Below are positions 1 to 11,287 of a DNA stretch of 64,000 nt, in pieces. The notes below the pieces were generated by a model. That model was not told the origin of the DNA. It saw only the letters and a list, made by a program, of their open reading frames with translations, and ran no database searches. Numbering within the stretch: the first letter of the stretch is position 1; every line of letters begins with the position of its first letter. Position numbers and translations under genes: made by a program. Location: the NCBI RefSeq assembly GCF_001194135.2, contig NC_068985.1, forward strand, positions 90,024,381 through 90,088,380, read 5' to 3'. Source of the stretch: Octopus bimaculoides (taxonomy: Eukaryota).

Positions 1-699
1 CATATTAATATTCTGTACCGATATATTTCTCAATACTTGTTTTGGTTAAACTGTGATTATTTTGACAGTGTTTATCAAGAGATACATCATCATCGTCGTA
101 TATAAATAGAAAAGCTTTCTAACGATTATGTCAAATGATTATGTTGAACATTTTATTCAGTAAAATTATTGCAAAAAATATGTTTGTTGGAATTTATCAA
201 TGAATTTATATAAAAGTTGTGCAATTAATGTCAAAACGTTTACAAGATTTTACAAAATGTACAAAGATAAAAAAAATTTTACATTACATCTTCTACGACA
301 TCCACCAATTCATAAGGCGAATGTGTAATCGTTATAACAACATTTCAACTGAGTGTAAATAAAATACACCTGGATTTTAATCCAGCGATTTATACGTTAT
401 TTACTTTAAATGTATTTAAGGTGAAATTATTTTAATCGCAACTGCTACATTTACTTTACATTTATCAAATTTAATTGGATATATTTTTTTTATCTCCGAA
501 CGATAATATGCAATAAAGCATATGCATATACGTACACTACAACGCAGATATTTATGTATGAATTTATACTTATATGTATATATATATAATATGGTATACA
601 CAGATGTATATGTGTGTAATTATACATATGTGGTTATATATATGATATCTACTACACACACAAACACATTTATTCATATATCTGTCTACACACATATAG

Positions 700-790
<91 letters not shown>

Positions 791-937
791 NNNNNNNNNN
801 NNNNNNNNNNNNNNNNNNNNNNNNNNNNNNNNNNNNNNNNNNNNNNNNNNNNNNNNNNNNNNNNNNNNNNNNNNNNNNNNNNNNNNNNNNNNNNNNNNNN
901 NNNNNNNNNNNNNNNNNNNNNNNNNNNNNNNNNNNNN

Positions 938-968
<31 letters not shown>
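700..968. repeat. (CA)n/(TA)n microsatellite around assembly gap 791-937
   Basis: Dinucleotide runs are visible on both sides of the N run. Confidence 0.95.
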
Positions 969-1427
969 CAAATCCACTCGAAATATATATTTCCGTTTCT
1001 AAATAAACATCGGATTGAATACAAAAGGTAAACATCGGCTTGAAAATACGTTTGGATAGGAAAATGGAATGCTGTCCCTTGACCTCGAAACGAGGTATCC
1101 TGTAAACCTGTAAAGTCTACTACCACCGTACCAATATACTCCTAGGAGTTTCTCGCGACATTTTAGTGACTTTATTCTAACCTCCGAGAATTGTATGTTG
1201 GTGCCGACCATGTAGCCGCTCACGTTTTGCTTCTCAAAACTATCTGCTGTTCTTCCTTTTACTCTTCTCTCGTCTTTCTTCCACTATCCAACCATAATGA
1301 TACGTGATATTTTGACGTTTAATTTCCCAGCTGAACTTTCACTTGCAGTCAAACTAATATATTCAGAGGGTACGTTTATATGACTGCTTTTCTATTTTAC
1401 TTTATGAAGTCGCAGTTCGTCACACGT

Positions 1428-1430
1428 AGG

Positions 1431-1468
<38 letters not shown>

Positions 1469-1503
1469 CACACATACACACGAACGCACGCACGAGCGCG
1501 CAA

Positions 1504-1548
<45 letters not shown>
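1428..1548. repeat. (CA)n ... (TG)n compound microsatellite
   Basis: Seen directly. Confidence 0.95.
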
Positions 1549-1550
<2 letters not shown>

Positions 1551-1594
1551 GTCTTAATAAAATTGAAGATGGAATATGTAGTAGACTTTATTGG

Positions 1595-1634
1595 GTACGA
1601 CACGTTTCGACCCGTTCTGGATTTCTTCAGATAC
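1595..1634 (-). ncRNA. Minimal type I hammerhead ribozyme relic (Penelope pLTR-type)
   Basis: Minus strand reads GUAU-CUGAAGA-AAUCC-AGAAC-GGGUC-GAAAC-GU-GUC^GUAC. The core is intact, stem I has 4 bp (GUAU/GUAC), and stem II is imperfect (A.C at its base). AAUAAA follows a few nt downstream. Confidence 0.7.
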
Positions 1635-2118
1635 ATAAAAAACAATTCTCCTTAGAGATTTCTTGATTCGACTTACGTACCGCTTTGGAGAATGAGTAAA
1701 ATCAGAGAAAAATTATTGAAACACAAAATTTCAAATATGAACGTGGAAAGTATACATTCAGGTTTAGAGAAAATGACATAATTAGCTTTCGCTGTTGTAA
1801 CTGTGTACAGAAAGAAATGGATGTAGAAGTTGAAAGAAATATAATACTTAGACGAAAATCTTTTTGTGTTTATACTTAGACGCATATGTACACACACAGA
1901 TATGTATATATATATATATACATNNNNNNNNNNNNNNNNNNNNNNNNNNNNNNNNNNNNNNNNNNNNNNNNNNNNNNNNNNNNNNNNNNNNNNNNNNNNN
2001 NNNNNNNNNNNNNNNNNNNNNNNNNNNNNNNNNNNNNNNNNNNNNNNNNNNNNNNNNNNNNNNNNNNNNNNNNNNNNNNNNNNNNNNNNNNNNNNNNNNN
2101 NNNNNNNNNNNNNNNNNN

Positions 2119-2150
<32 letters not shown>

Positions 2151-4045
2151 TATGCGGATCTATATTGCCAGATCATATGTTTTATAATGTGACGGTTGAA
2201 TATATTTTCGGTTAATTCTGTTTGTTTTGGTGTTTGGTGCGGCAATTGGATTTAATTTGTTGTATGTTACAAGATTTTTCTAACACATGGTTGATTCTAA
2301 TGTGCCTGGGTTTGGTTAGTTTTACCTTATGGTTTGGGATTCTGCTGTGTAGCTTTAGAATGTGTGTGCGTAGTTATTTTTGTGTTTGGTAAGGTTGTTA
2401 TTATGAATCTTATTATTACTTTTACTATTACATATATATCATTTATTTATATAGCTTTTCTTCTCTTCTATGTCAGGCTTCGCTTTCTTCAGCCTTTTGC
2501 CGAAGCTCATCCTAACGTTTCAGTGAAGCATCTTTTCTAAAGTCAGATAACCTCGAATTCTCCATACCTTGCGGCGACTATATTAGGGATCAATAAACCT
2601 AGCTAGCGAGAACGAATGTTGGCAATAGGACCAGCATACATCTCTTTTGTCCCTTGTTACGAATGATCATACAATCAAACCCCACACTCGCCTGCACATT
2701 GTTGTCGGCGTCGGATTATGCACACGAAACGTCATTACTTATGTGGACTGCCAGGTCATGCAGGTACTACAACGCTGGTGTTTTTGCTACACTATCAGGA
2801 GGAAATAGAATTTTATATTTCGTAACACAGCAGGAATTTTTGAGTGTGAAAACAAAATATCATTTGAAATGTATCATGATATTTTTTTTTACGAAATTCA
2901 CTATCACGAATGTCTGAGAATAACCGGTTGTGATTCTGTGAACGTTGTTTTTTTTAGTGACAGAAATTATTTTGATATCGAAAGTATACAAAATATTACA
3001 AGTTTTATCATTTCGTAAAGGAGAAAAAAAATATGTATAGTTTTGAATATTGCCGCAATATTTCATACTAAATGTTAAGAAAATGTTAACAACATGGTTA
3101 GGCAAAATAAACCTTATGAGTGATTGACATAGTCTTATTCAAATCTTTGAGTTCGAGAATAATATTGTGGCTGTGTATGAATTATTTAACTTTTCGTCAT
3201 CTGGTGGCGAAATATATTTTCTGCAGTGTATATAAAATAATGTTGCTTCTTTTCTAAATCGGTTCTACCCCATTAAATTAATGGCACATTGTTATTTCAG
3301 TTGTCTATTGATAAGAAATATTTCATGCTATCTCTATATTATCAAAGCAGAATGATTTCTTTGAAAATCTAGAAATATTCAGTACCGTGATTATTGGGTC
3401 ATATTTCATGATTTAGATATTCAAATCACATTTTCAGACAAAGTTCTGTTGCAATCATAGACACTTTTTGTTAAATACATACATAAATCATATACAGTAT
3501 TTGAAAATATTCGCAAAATTATTTGATAAATTAATATTGAGAAAAAATTACTTCGGGGAAATATTTCACGCACATTTGGACCCAATTGTTCGGTCCAAAG
3601 TAGGTAGAAGTCAAATGGTCACGTATTCCATCAACCAAAATCAAATTCTTCAGTGATAGTATTTATTAGACAACTATATATTTCAATTATGGTCTCCGCT
3701 TTTGTATTGGCTGCAAGCAAATTGAAATTTGAGAAACATATCTGAGCGCAGAAATCTTATTTCTTTTTGACAAGGAAAATAATGACAATGCTGGCATTCA
3801 CCATGGGCCATACAAGCGTGAGAGATATGAACATAGTTATCGCTCAATAGAATTATTAATTTTATATCCAATAATAATGGTTTGACGGTTGGGTACCACG
3901 GGTTCAAATTTACCTTTTAAAAGTTGAAAATATAAATAGTATAACGCAGGGATTTTTTTTTGTCGCTCCCGCATTTCGATATAAGATACATAATTTCGCG
4001 TCTATTCATGTTCCTTTTTGTCTTAGAGATTTCAAATATTGTATA

Positions 4046-4125
4046 TCTTTACGTTCTGAGTTCAAATTCCACCGAGGTCGACTTTGTCTTTACTCCTTTC
4101 GGAATCGATGAAATAAGTAGCTGTT
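4046..4125 (+). mobile_element. SINE family 1 fragment (B box plus conserved central domain)
   Basis: acgttctgagttcaaattccaccgaggtcgactttgtc...cctttcggaatcgat is the reverse complement of the family 1 copies at 7.0, 8.6 and 62 kb. Confidence 0.8.
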
Positions 4126-4255
4126 GATCAATGAAGGCGACGTAAACGACTTACTCCCTCTTCGATTATTGCTGGCCTTGCATCCAAATTTGAAACCTAT
4201 ATGACGAAATCATCACAATTTCACTTCTAATATTAAAGAGATGAGGAATTGTTTA

Positions 4256-4510
4256 CATATGGCGTAGTGGTTAAGAGTGCGAGCTACTAACCCCAAGATT
4301 CCGACTTCGATATCAGGAAGTGACCTGATTAATAATAATGATAATAATAACAACAACAACAACATCGAAAAATACCATAGGAATGAGAACCCAGGTTCAA
4401 AATTTCCACAAGACATCTGATAAGCGCTGGAGGGTATATCAGCCGAAAAGTTGTTTTAACAGCAAACAAGATGAGGACAAATATTCGTCAAATGTAAATA
4501 ATGCATATCA
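4256..4510 (+). mobile_element. tRNA-headed SINE with internal hammerhead motif (family 4, copy A)
   Basis: A box TGGCGTAGTGG (4260-4270) and a degenerate B box (4303-4314) are followed by an (AAT/AAC)n spacer and a body. The whole aligns end to end with 55721-55978 (minus). Confidence 0.8.
4412..4457 (+). ncRNA. Degenerate minimal hammerhead in SINE family 4 copy A
   Basis: Reads GACAU-CUGAUAA-GCGCUG-GAGGGUAUAU-CAGCC-GAAAAGUU^GUUUU. G8>A and C15.2>A relative to the consensus, so this copy is probably inactive. Confidence 0.55.
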
Positions 4511-7020
4511 TTATTTATTTATCAAAAAATATCCCGAGAGATTTATATATTACGTAGACTTGTATAGCTTTCCTGTTTTGAATAGTAGGTTAAAATGTCA
4601 GGAACTTGTCAAAACCAACCATATATCGCATAATTAACAATAAAGAAAAACCCAATCAATATTTCATATTTCAATACACTACTAAAATATTTTTAGATGT
4701 AATTAATATTTTGCTTATCTATTTCTTGCTCTTATTTATTTTATCATTCTCTAAATTTTCTATAAATTAATTAGAATAATTTAATTATTTTGATATTTGA
4801 TATACGAAGCAACGCGTATATTTATGTATATTCTGTTGTAGGCATTCGCTTTCCTTATTCTAACTCGCTTCAATTCCATTCTCTTTCATTTTGGTTTTAT
4901 TTAATATAAAATAATTCATATTGTTTTCAATTGCCTTTTTATTCAACATTAATTGCATTCAAATAAAGGAAATTATTCATATAAACTATGTTTACATTTA
5001 TAATGTAATTAAAGTGTATTTTATGGCACCTAAACTCACATATATTATGATATTCAAATAAATATGTTTGATTGTAATGGCAATATTTGAAAAATATACT
5101 ATACACCGTACCATTTACCAATGCGTTGATAGATTACTGAATATCAAGATGAATACATCCAAATTGGATTGTCCATGTTCATTAGCAATACTGACATTTC
5201 ATACAAAATAACTTTTTCGTAGTGTTGGTCATACGTAATTAAAATCTGACAGATAACAATGTCTCTCGTTAAACGGGTTCATGAGTGGAATTTTGACATT
5301 TATCAACGCCACCGTTGCACATTTTTATATGCCTTATATATTATGCCTTATATATCCAATCCATTATGGTTAAACAAGCACGCTTATACTACAATTACAA
5401 CTAAAACAGACCTGAAACTTACAGATTTATGCATTCCTTGTTTCATGATGACAAAAACTAAGTAAAATAAAGAATTTCAGAAATGTTATTGATTAACTGT
5501 ATTTTTATGTAAAATAGCATTATTATTTAGAAGTGTCCGAATAATCAAATGCAGCATGACTGCAACTGGAATGGTTATAAAAGCAAACGAGCCTCTAAGT
5601 GGACATTCAATGGAATACTTACAATATATTTTATTTTCTAAAGGCTTCTATTACGACATATATCATGAATGTCTCGTGATGCATGCATAACCTTACATGC
5701 GTTCATACATACACACATATATGCAGGCATACTTACAAACACACATACATACAAGCATTAATACATACATGCATGAATACATACATGCATACATGGTCGT
5801 GTCTCTTAGATATATTTGTATAGTTCTGTTTTCTAAACAGAACAGTATGCTAAAAAATGTCCCAGATAGTGACTCGCTGCAATGAATGGAACGTATACCT
5901 GCTTCATTTACTGATCGCGCATTGATATATGTTTCAGTTGTTGATAATTTAATCTAACACAATACGGTTCTTCATACGAGTATTTAGCTTACCAAAGAAA
6001 GCGGTTTGGATAAATAAAAAAAAGATCAATAAAGCCGAGGTACCTTGAACACACGGTTTCCCAACAGAAATCAGGCTAATTAGTTGTGAAACATTTAATC
6101 TAATTTATTTAATATGATAACAGAAATTTTGGAAAATAACTCGTATAACTCATATACCAGAACATGGGATTGATAGGATTATCACAGCTTCGTGTGATAA
6201 TTCTCATTGCATTGCTCTCTTTTTGTCCGTCGGTGAGGCAATAAACATGAATCATTTCTCCCTCAGCAGTCCCTGCATCACAATCAGATTTATTGATTTA
6301 TTAATGAGAAACGTTTACAATGGACGAAATTTTCCCAGCAAAGCGACGTTACCAAATATGCATCGATCAGCAAGTGCCTGGATGACAAATTTGCATTGAC
6401 TTAACAATCTCCATAAATAATATTCCCTAAGAGATGTTGTCAAATGTTCATGAAAGTCCAGTTTTGTGCCTAAGTTTATGAGCATCATAAGAAGAAGGCT
6501 CGACGAACATTTGGTGCGAATATTTCTAGTGAAATTCTAATGTAGGAGGAATGAAAATTGCGCGAAATTGATGTCTCTTACACTATTTTCAGTATTTTTT
6601 TCCACCTTTCATATTTAAGTTGTAGTTTCTATTTCAGGTGTAGAACAAAAGAAAAGAACGGAAGTATTCTACTGAGTCGAATACCTTTAAAATTGTTTGG
6701 CGTGTAAATGGTTTTTGTTTAAAGATGCTGTTGATATAAAGAAAAACTTATTAGGCTTTTAACGGATTGATGCTTGCTTGCGTTTGATGTCACTGATATA
6801 TTGAAGAAGAAAAATTACTACTGCATCTAGTGATCCTTCCTTTACTCCAAACACCTGTGTAAATGGCATCAGTTTGGGCGAAGCTGAGACAATTTTTATG
6901 TCATAGATGTAGTTTATTTCAAAGATGAACCTTCATGCTGATATCCATTAATTAATCTATTCAAAGTTTTGTGGAATGAAGCTAATATTTTTTTAGTGCA
7001 TTCGTTGTATCTGAATTCTT

Positions 7021-7213
7021 TTCTACTCTAGGCACAAGGCCTGAAATTTTTGGGGAGGGAACCAGTCGATTAGATCGACCCGAGTACGTATCAGGTCCTT
7101 AATTTATCGACCTCCGAAAGGACGAAAGGTAAAGTCGACCTCGGAGGAATTTGAACTCAACGTAAATACAGACGAAATACCGCTAAGCATTTCTCCCGGC
7201 ATGCTAACGTTTC
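7021..7213 (-). mobile_element. tRNA-derived SINE family 1 (head truncated by the adjoining copy)
   Basis: On minus: B box GAGTTCAAATTCC, then central domain GTCGACTTTACCTTTCGTCCTTTCGGAGGTCGATAAATTAAG, which from recall resembles the Sauria/Meta-type SINE core. Tail is ggccttgtgcctagagtagaa. Confidence 0.85.
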
Positions 7214-7557
7214 TTATTTCTTTAATGCCCACAAAGGGGCTAAACGTAGAGGGGACAAACAAGGACAGACAAAGGGGTACATCTTTGTAGAAATTTGTAA
7301 AATTATTTGATACATTCCTACAGTGTGTAGAAATTAATAAAATCATTTGATACGCAAAAATGCTACAGAAATAGATAACTTAGAACTATCGATCCCACAT
7401 TACATCGACCCCAGTGCGTAACTGGAACTTAATTTATCGACCGCAAAAGATGTCAGGCAAAGTCGACGTCGGCGGAATTTGAACTCAGAACGTACCGGCA
7501 GACGAAATACCGCTAAGCATTTTGCCCAGCATGCTAAGGTTTCTGCCAGCTCGCCGC
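7214..7557 (-). mobile_element. SINE family 1b (same head and core, different tail), interrupted by a ~120 bp insert at 7278-7398
   Basis: Full head ...gcggcgagctggcagaaacc..., B box and core are present. Tail ttgtttgtcccctctacgtttagcccc...gggcattaaagaaataa matches 62348-62572. Confidence 0.85.
7278..7398. repeat. Unclassified ~70 bp interspersed repeat (partly duplicated here; second locus 9240-9312)
   Basis: catctttgtagaaattt.taaaat.atttgatac and gcaaaa.tgctacagaaatagataactta occur at both loci. Confidence 0.8.
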
Positions 7558-8643
7558 TTTCGTTGTATCTCAATTCTAGATACAAGTAGAGAATCTAACA
7601 GCCGTGCTCCGATTCTAGCTTTGCCTTGTATACATAACGTAATTAAATTATATTTGGCAACAGAATATGCGTTGGAGCTTGCAAGAAAATTTGTCTGTCG
7701 TGTGGTTTTAAATTCAAGTGACAGATAAAAACACCAAAACTAGACAATGAAATAATCCAAAATGTTACGTACGTCATCACTATGTGAGATTTCCTGACCA
7801 TTCTAACGATTTTTGCATTAATAATGAAACTTGATAAAGCTTATAACTGAACTGAAAAGCAGAAAACTTTTAAATAAGAAGCCTAAAAAAATATACAAGT
7901 GCGTAGAACGCAATGCATATCACCTGGAGAAAAATATTTGAGTCAAAGAAAGCGGTTTGCAAATAGAGCTGACAAGGAGCGTTTATTTAATAAATGGTGC
8001 ACTGGTTTGGTCATGTGCCTGTTATTGGTTCCAAAATGAGAGGCTGCGATCTCAGATAATAAAGTACACACACTAAATAGTACGCATTTCAATATATCTA
8101 TCATTGTAAACAGTTATGTATCATATATGTTCAACTATTTCTGCTACCGTTTTTATGCCATTAAATTTAAACATTGGTAGTATAAAGCGCTGCTACAATA
8201 AGTTTCAGACATGCATTATTTGTTTGAGAACTTGTCACATGACTAGTGGAAATAAGTACATGCTTCTACGGGACATTATAATCAACAGTATTTTTAGCTA
8301 TACTTTTATATTATACTTTTAGTTCTATACTATTATCGTATGTGCATAAGCTGTGAATGAAGAATTTACACACAATGTAATAACGGAAATTTTGTTTTTG
8401 TTTTTTTTTTCAACAGGAAGCAGTAACCTCGTTCAAACTATGGTTACATTTCACTATTCGAAATGATAAGAGTGCAACTGTTGGAGAGCGAAACTAAATA
8501 ACATAATATCGGGTTTACAGGAATCTCTTAGTATGATATGTATGGCTTGGATAAATGTAGATTAACGTAAATGTAGTAACACAATACCACAAATCATCAT
8601 ATACGTATTTTGCTTTAAAAAGCAAATAATTCAGATTTATATT

Positions 8644-8850
8644 CCTTTCTACTCTAGGTGCAAGGCCTATAATTTTGGGGAAGGGGCCAGTTAATTAGAT
8701 CGACATCAGTACGCAACGGGTACTTAATTTATCGACCCCGAAATTATGAAAGGGAGAGTCGACTTGGCGGAATTTCAACTCAATGTAACGGCAGACAAAG
8801 TACCGCAAATATTTCGCCCGGCGAGCTAACGATTCTGCCAGCTCGCAAGC
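8644..8850 (-). mobile_element. SINE family 1, near full length
   Basis: Head, B-box region, core and tail align with the other family 1 copies. Confidence 0.85.
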
Positions 8851-8868
8851 TTAGTGCAGATTTATATT

Positions 8869-9067
8869 ATTTTCTACTCTAAGCAGAAGGCCTGAAATTT
8901 TGGAGAAGGGGGCCAGTCGATTACCTACTACACAACGGGTACTTCATTTCTCGACCACGAAAATATGAAAGATAGAGTCAACCTCGGTGGAATTTGAACT
9001 CAGAACGTAACGGCAGACAAAAAGCATTTCACCCGGTGTGCTAACGATTCTCTCAGCGTGCCGCCTT
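8869..9067 (-). mobile_element. SINE family 1, near full length (tandem with the previous copy)
   Basis: As above. AGATTTATATT occurs at 8633, 8858 and 9073, bounding both copies. Confidence 0.85.
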
Positions 9068-9239
9068 AATGGAGATTTATATTAATAAGAAACGGGCAGG
9101 AAAATGGTCCTGAATGTTTCAAATAACAAATCAGGAAGCAACAGACGGTAAAAGTGTATAATTAATAGCTATAAATTAATGGAGTACTAGCTCACAACAT
9201 CTACACGTTGCTTTACTGGTTACCTCAAAATCGAAATCC

Positions 9240-9312
9240 TACGCATCTTTGTAGAAATTTATAAAATCATTTGATACGCAAAACTGCTACAGAAATAGAT
9301 AACTTACGACTA
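9240..9312. repeat. Unclassified ~70 bp repeat, second locus
   Basis: Near-identical to 7278-7313 and 7326-7388. Confidence 0.8.
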
Positions 9313-11255
9313 TTGTTTAATGAAGTAAAAGGAAAATGCCGGAAAAGAAATGTTTAACAAAGAAGAAAGACATAGACGGAGCGAGAAAAATAGAGATAAA
9401 GATAAAAAAGACAGGTGGAAGAGAATAAAAATGGAAGGGTACAGGGGAGGGAGACGAATAGGGAAATATGTCGGTCAATATTTGTTGTAGAAAGACTTCG
9501 ACAATACGAATACAAATACGGGGAAATAAAGAAATGTAAAACAATTACAACGTAAAGCAACATTTCTTAGAGTCAACACGAGGGATTACATTTAGTAACA
9601 GGGCAATAAATTCTGGCATTGGTTCAACGTAGGAGTCACTCAAGAATCAATAAATTATAACGAAGTTTTTCTGAGACAACAAACCTTACAATCGGTTAGA
9701 TGTTTTTTTTCAAATTTGCAAATATATTTTTTCTTAATTATTCATTAATCGTCAATTTTTATAGACGTAATTTTTGCCGTACATTGTTAAATGATTTACA
9801 TGGCTTCCTAAGCATAACACATTTGTCTGAGGATGTGTGTGTATTTGTCTGTGTTTGTCTGTGACATCTTTAATTCTATAGAATTTTTTATAATATTCTC
9901 TTAATGAAGATAACGGGAGTTATATGAAAGGTATAGAGAAAGTTATTACCTAGAGTTACGCTGATAAAATGCGTTGCAAAACTCCTAGACTAGGAGATAC
10001 ATTATTTTAGCAAAACGAATTCAAAGTTTTATTAAAATTCAGGCATTTCATATATTCTACTGTGACTTGACTGGGCCAGTCGAAATTAAATTTACATTGT
10101 CTCACAGTTGTAATTTTCTCTTTTTTATGTGTTGTTTTTACTCTCGACACATGTATTCGTAGATGCTTCTCAGAAATGACGCAAATCAACAGGTACGTTA
10201 TATCGGTTTATGATATAAAATCCCGTCGCTTGACATGCAAAACCATTCCCCTATATGTTTAGCTTCATGCATTTTGTATTCGCACAAAAGATCTGAATAA
10301 ATTAATACAATTTTCTACAAATTGTTCCATTTCAATAGAATCTTTAATATAGTAAACACAATATCAGTAATATTTCATGTATTGTATTTGAACAGAGATG
10401 CATACGAGTACTCAGACCTGAACACAAATGCGCGCGCACACGCACACACACACACACACNNNNNNNNNNNNNNNNNNNNNNNNNNNNNNNNNNNNNNNNN
10501 NNNNNNNNNNNNNNNNNNNNNNNNNNNNNNNNNNNNNNNNNNNNNNNNNNNNNNNNNNNNNNNNNNNNNNNNNNNNNNNNNNNNNNNNNNNNNNNNNNNN
10601 NNNNNNNNTATATATACGCCTCCTCTTCCAAGTAAGTTTTATCTTAATCATTCTGATGCGCACTCTATACGATCTTTTTACACTATCGTTTCTCTCTCTT
10701 TCTCTCTCTTATTCTTTTATCTCCTCTTCTCCCACTATTCTATCCCATTACTCTGTCACCCTCTCTCCCTCTCTCCTCCTCACTTCCTCGCGTGGCTCAC
10801 ACGTGGCCATCGGCCATCTTTCTGTCTTCTAACTTGTGTTTCTTCCTTTCCCTCCGTTGTAGCTGGAACAAGGATGACGCGTTCTTGTCTGTTTCCTGTC
10901 GAAGCCTGATTTATGCGTTCACCACCACAACCTCGTTTAGGCTTAGCATCCCTTCCTGTTTGTTTTCACTGTCCTCTTTGTGTTACCATTTTTGACCCTC
11001 CGCAAAATCACAAGTTTCATTCCATTTGCTTTGCGGGAGAAAGTGTTCTATCGGAAGAGAATATATATATTGTTGTTAAATGCTCGAATTACGAGAGTAG
11101 AAAGACATCCACCAACTGATGAAGGGTCTTTCTTTATGCTGTTTGTCCTGTTTTGCGTTTGTGACTTTCGAAGTTCGAAAAAATGGTTCATATTCCAGGT
11201 ACTCGCACTTCGTACATTTTTTTGTACGCGCTTCGTGACACCCAGTGCCGACATC

Positions 11256-11287
<32 letters not shown>

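Noticed and set aside
2505-2545. GAAACGUU^AGG on the minus strand suggesting another hammerhead
   Set aside because: No recognisable CUGANGA upstream and stem II is unconvincing.
4256-4320. tRNA-like sequences (also 53930-53986, 55910-55978)
   Set aside because: No acceptor stem or T-tract terminator, and they are fused to repeat bodies. These are SINE heads, not tRNA genes.
8417-8500. Strong splice-acceptor-like site at 8416 and a protein-like stretch with a donor near 30745-30900
   Set aside because: No matching donor or acceptor with an open frame, and no recognisable domain.
11116-11130. CUGAUGAAGGG half hammerhead core
   Set aside because: No closing stem II strand or GAAAC follows.
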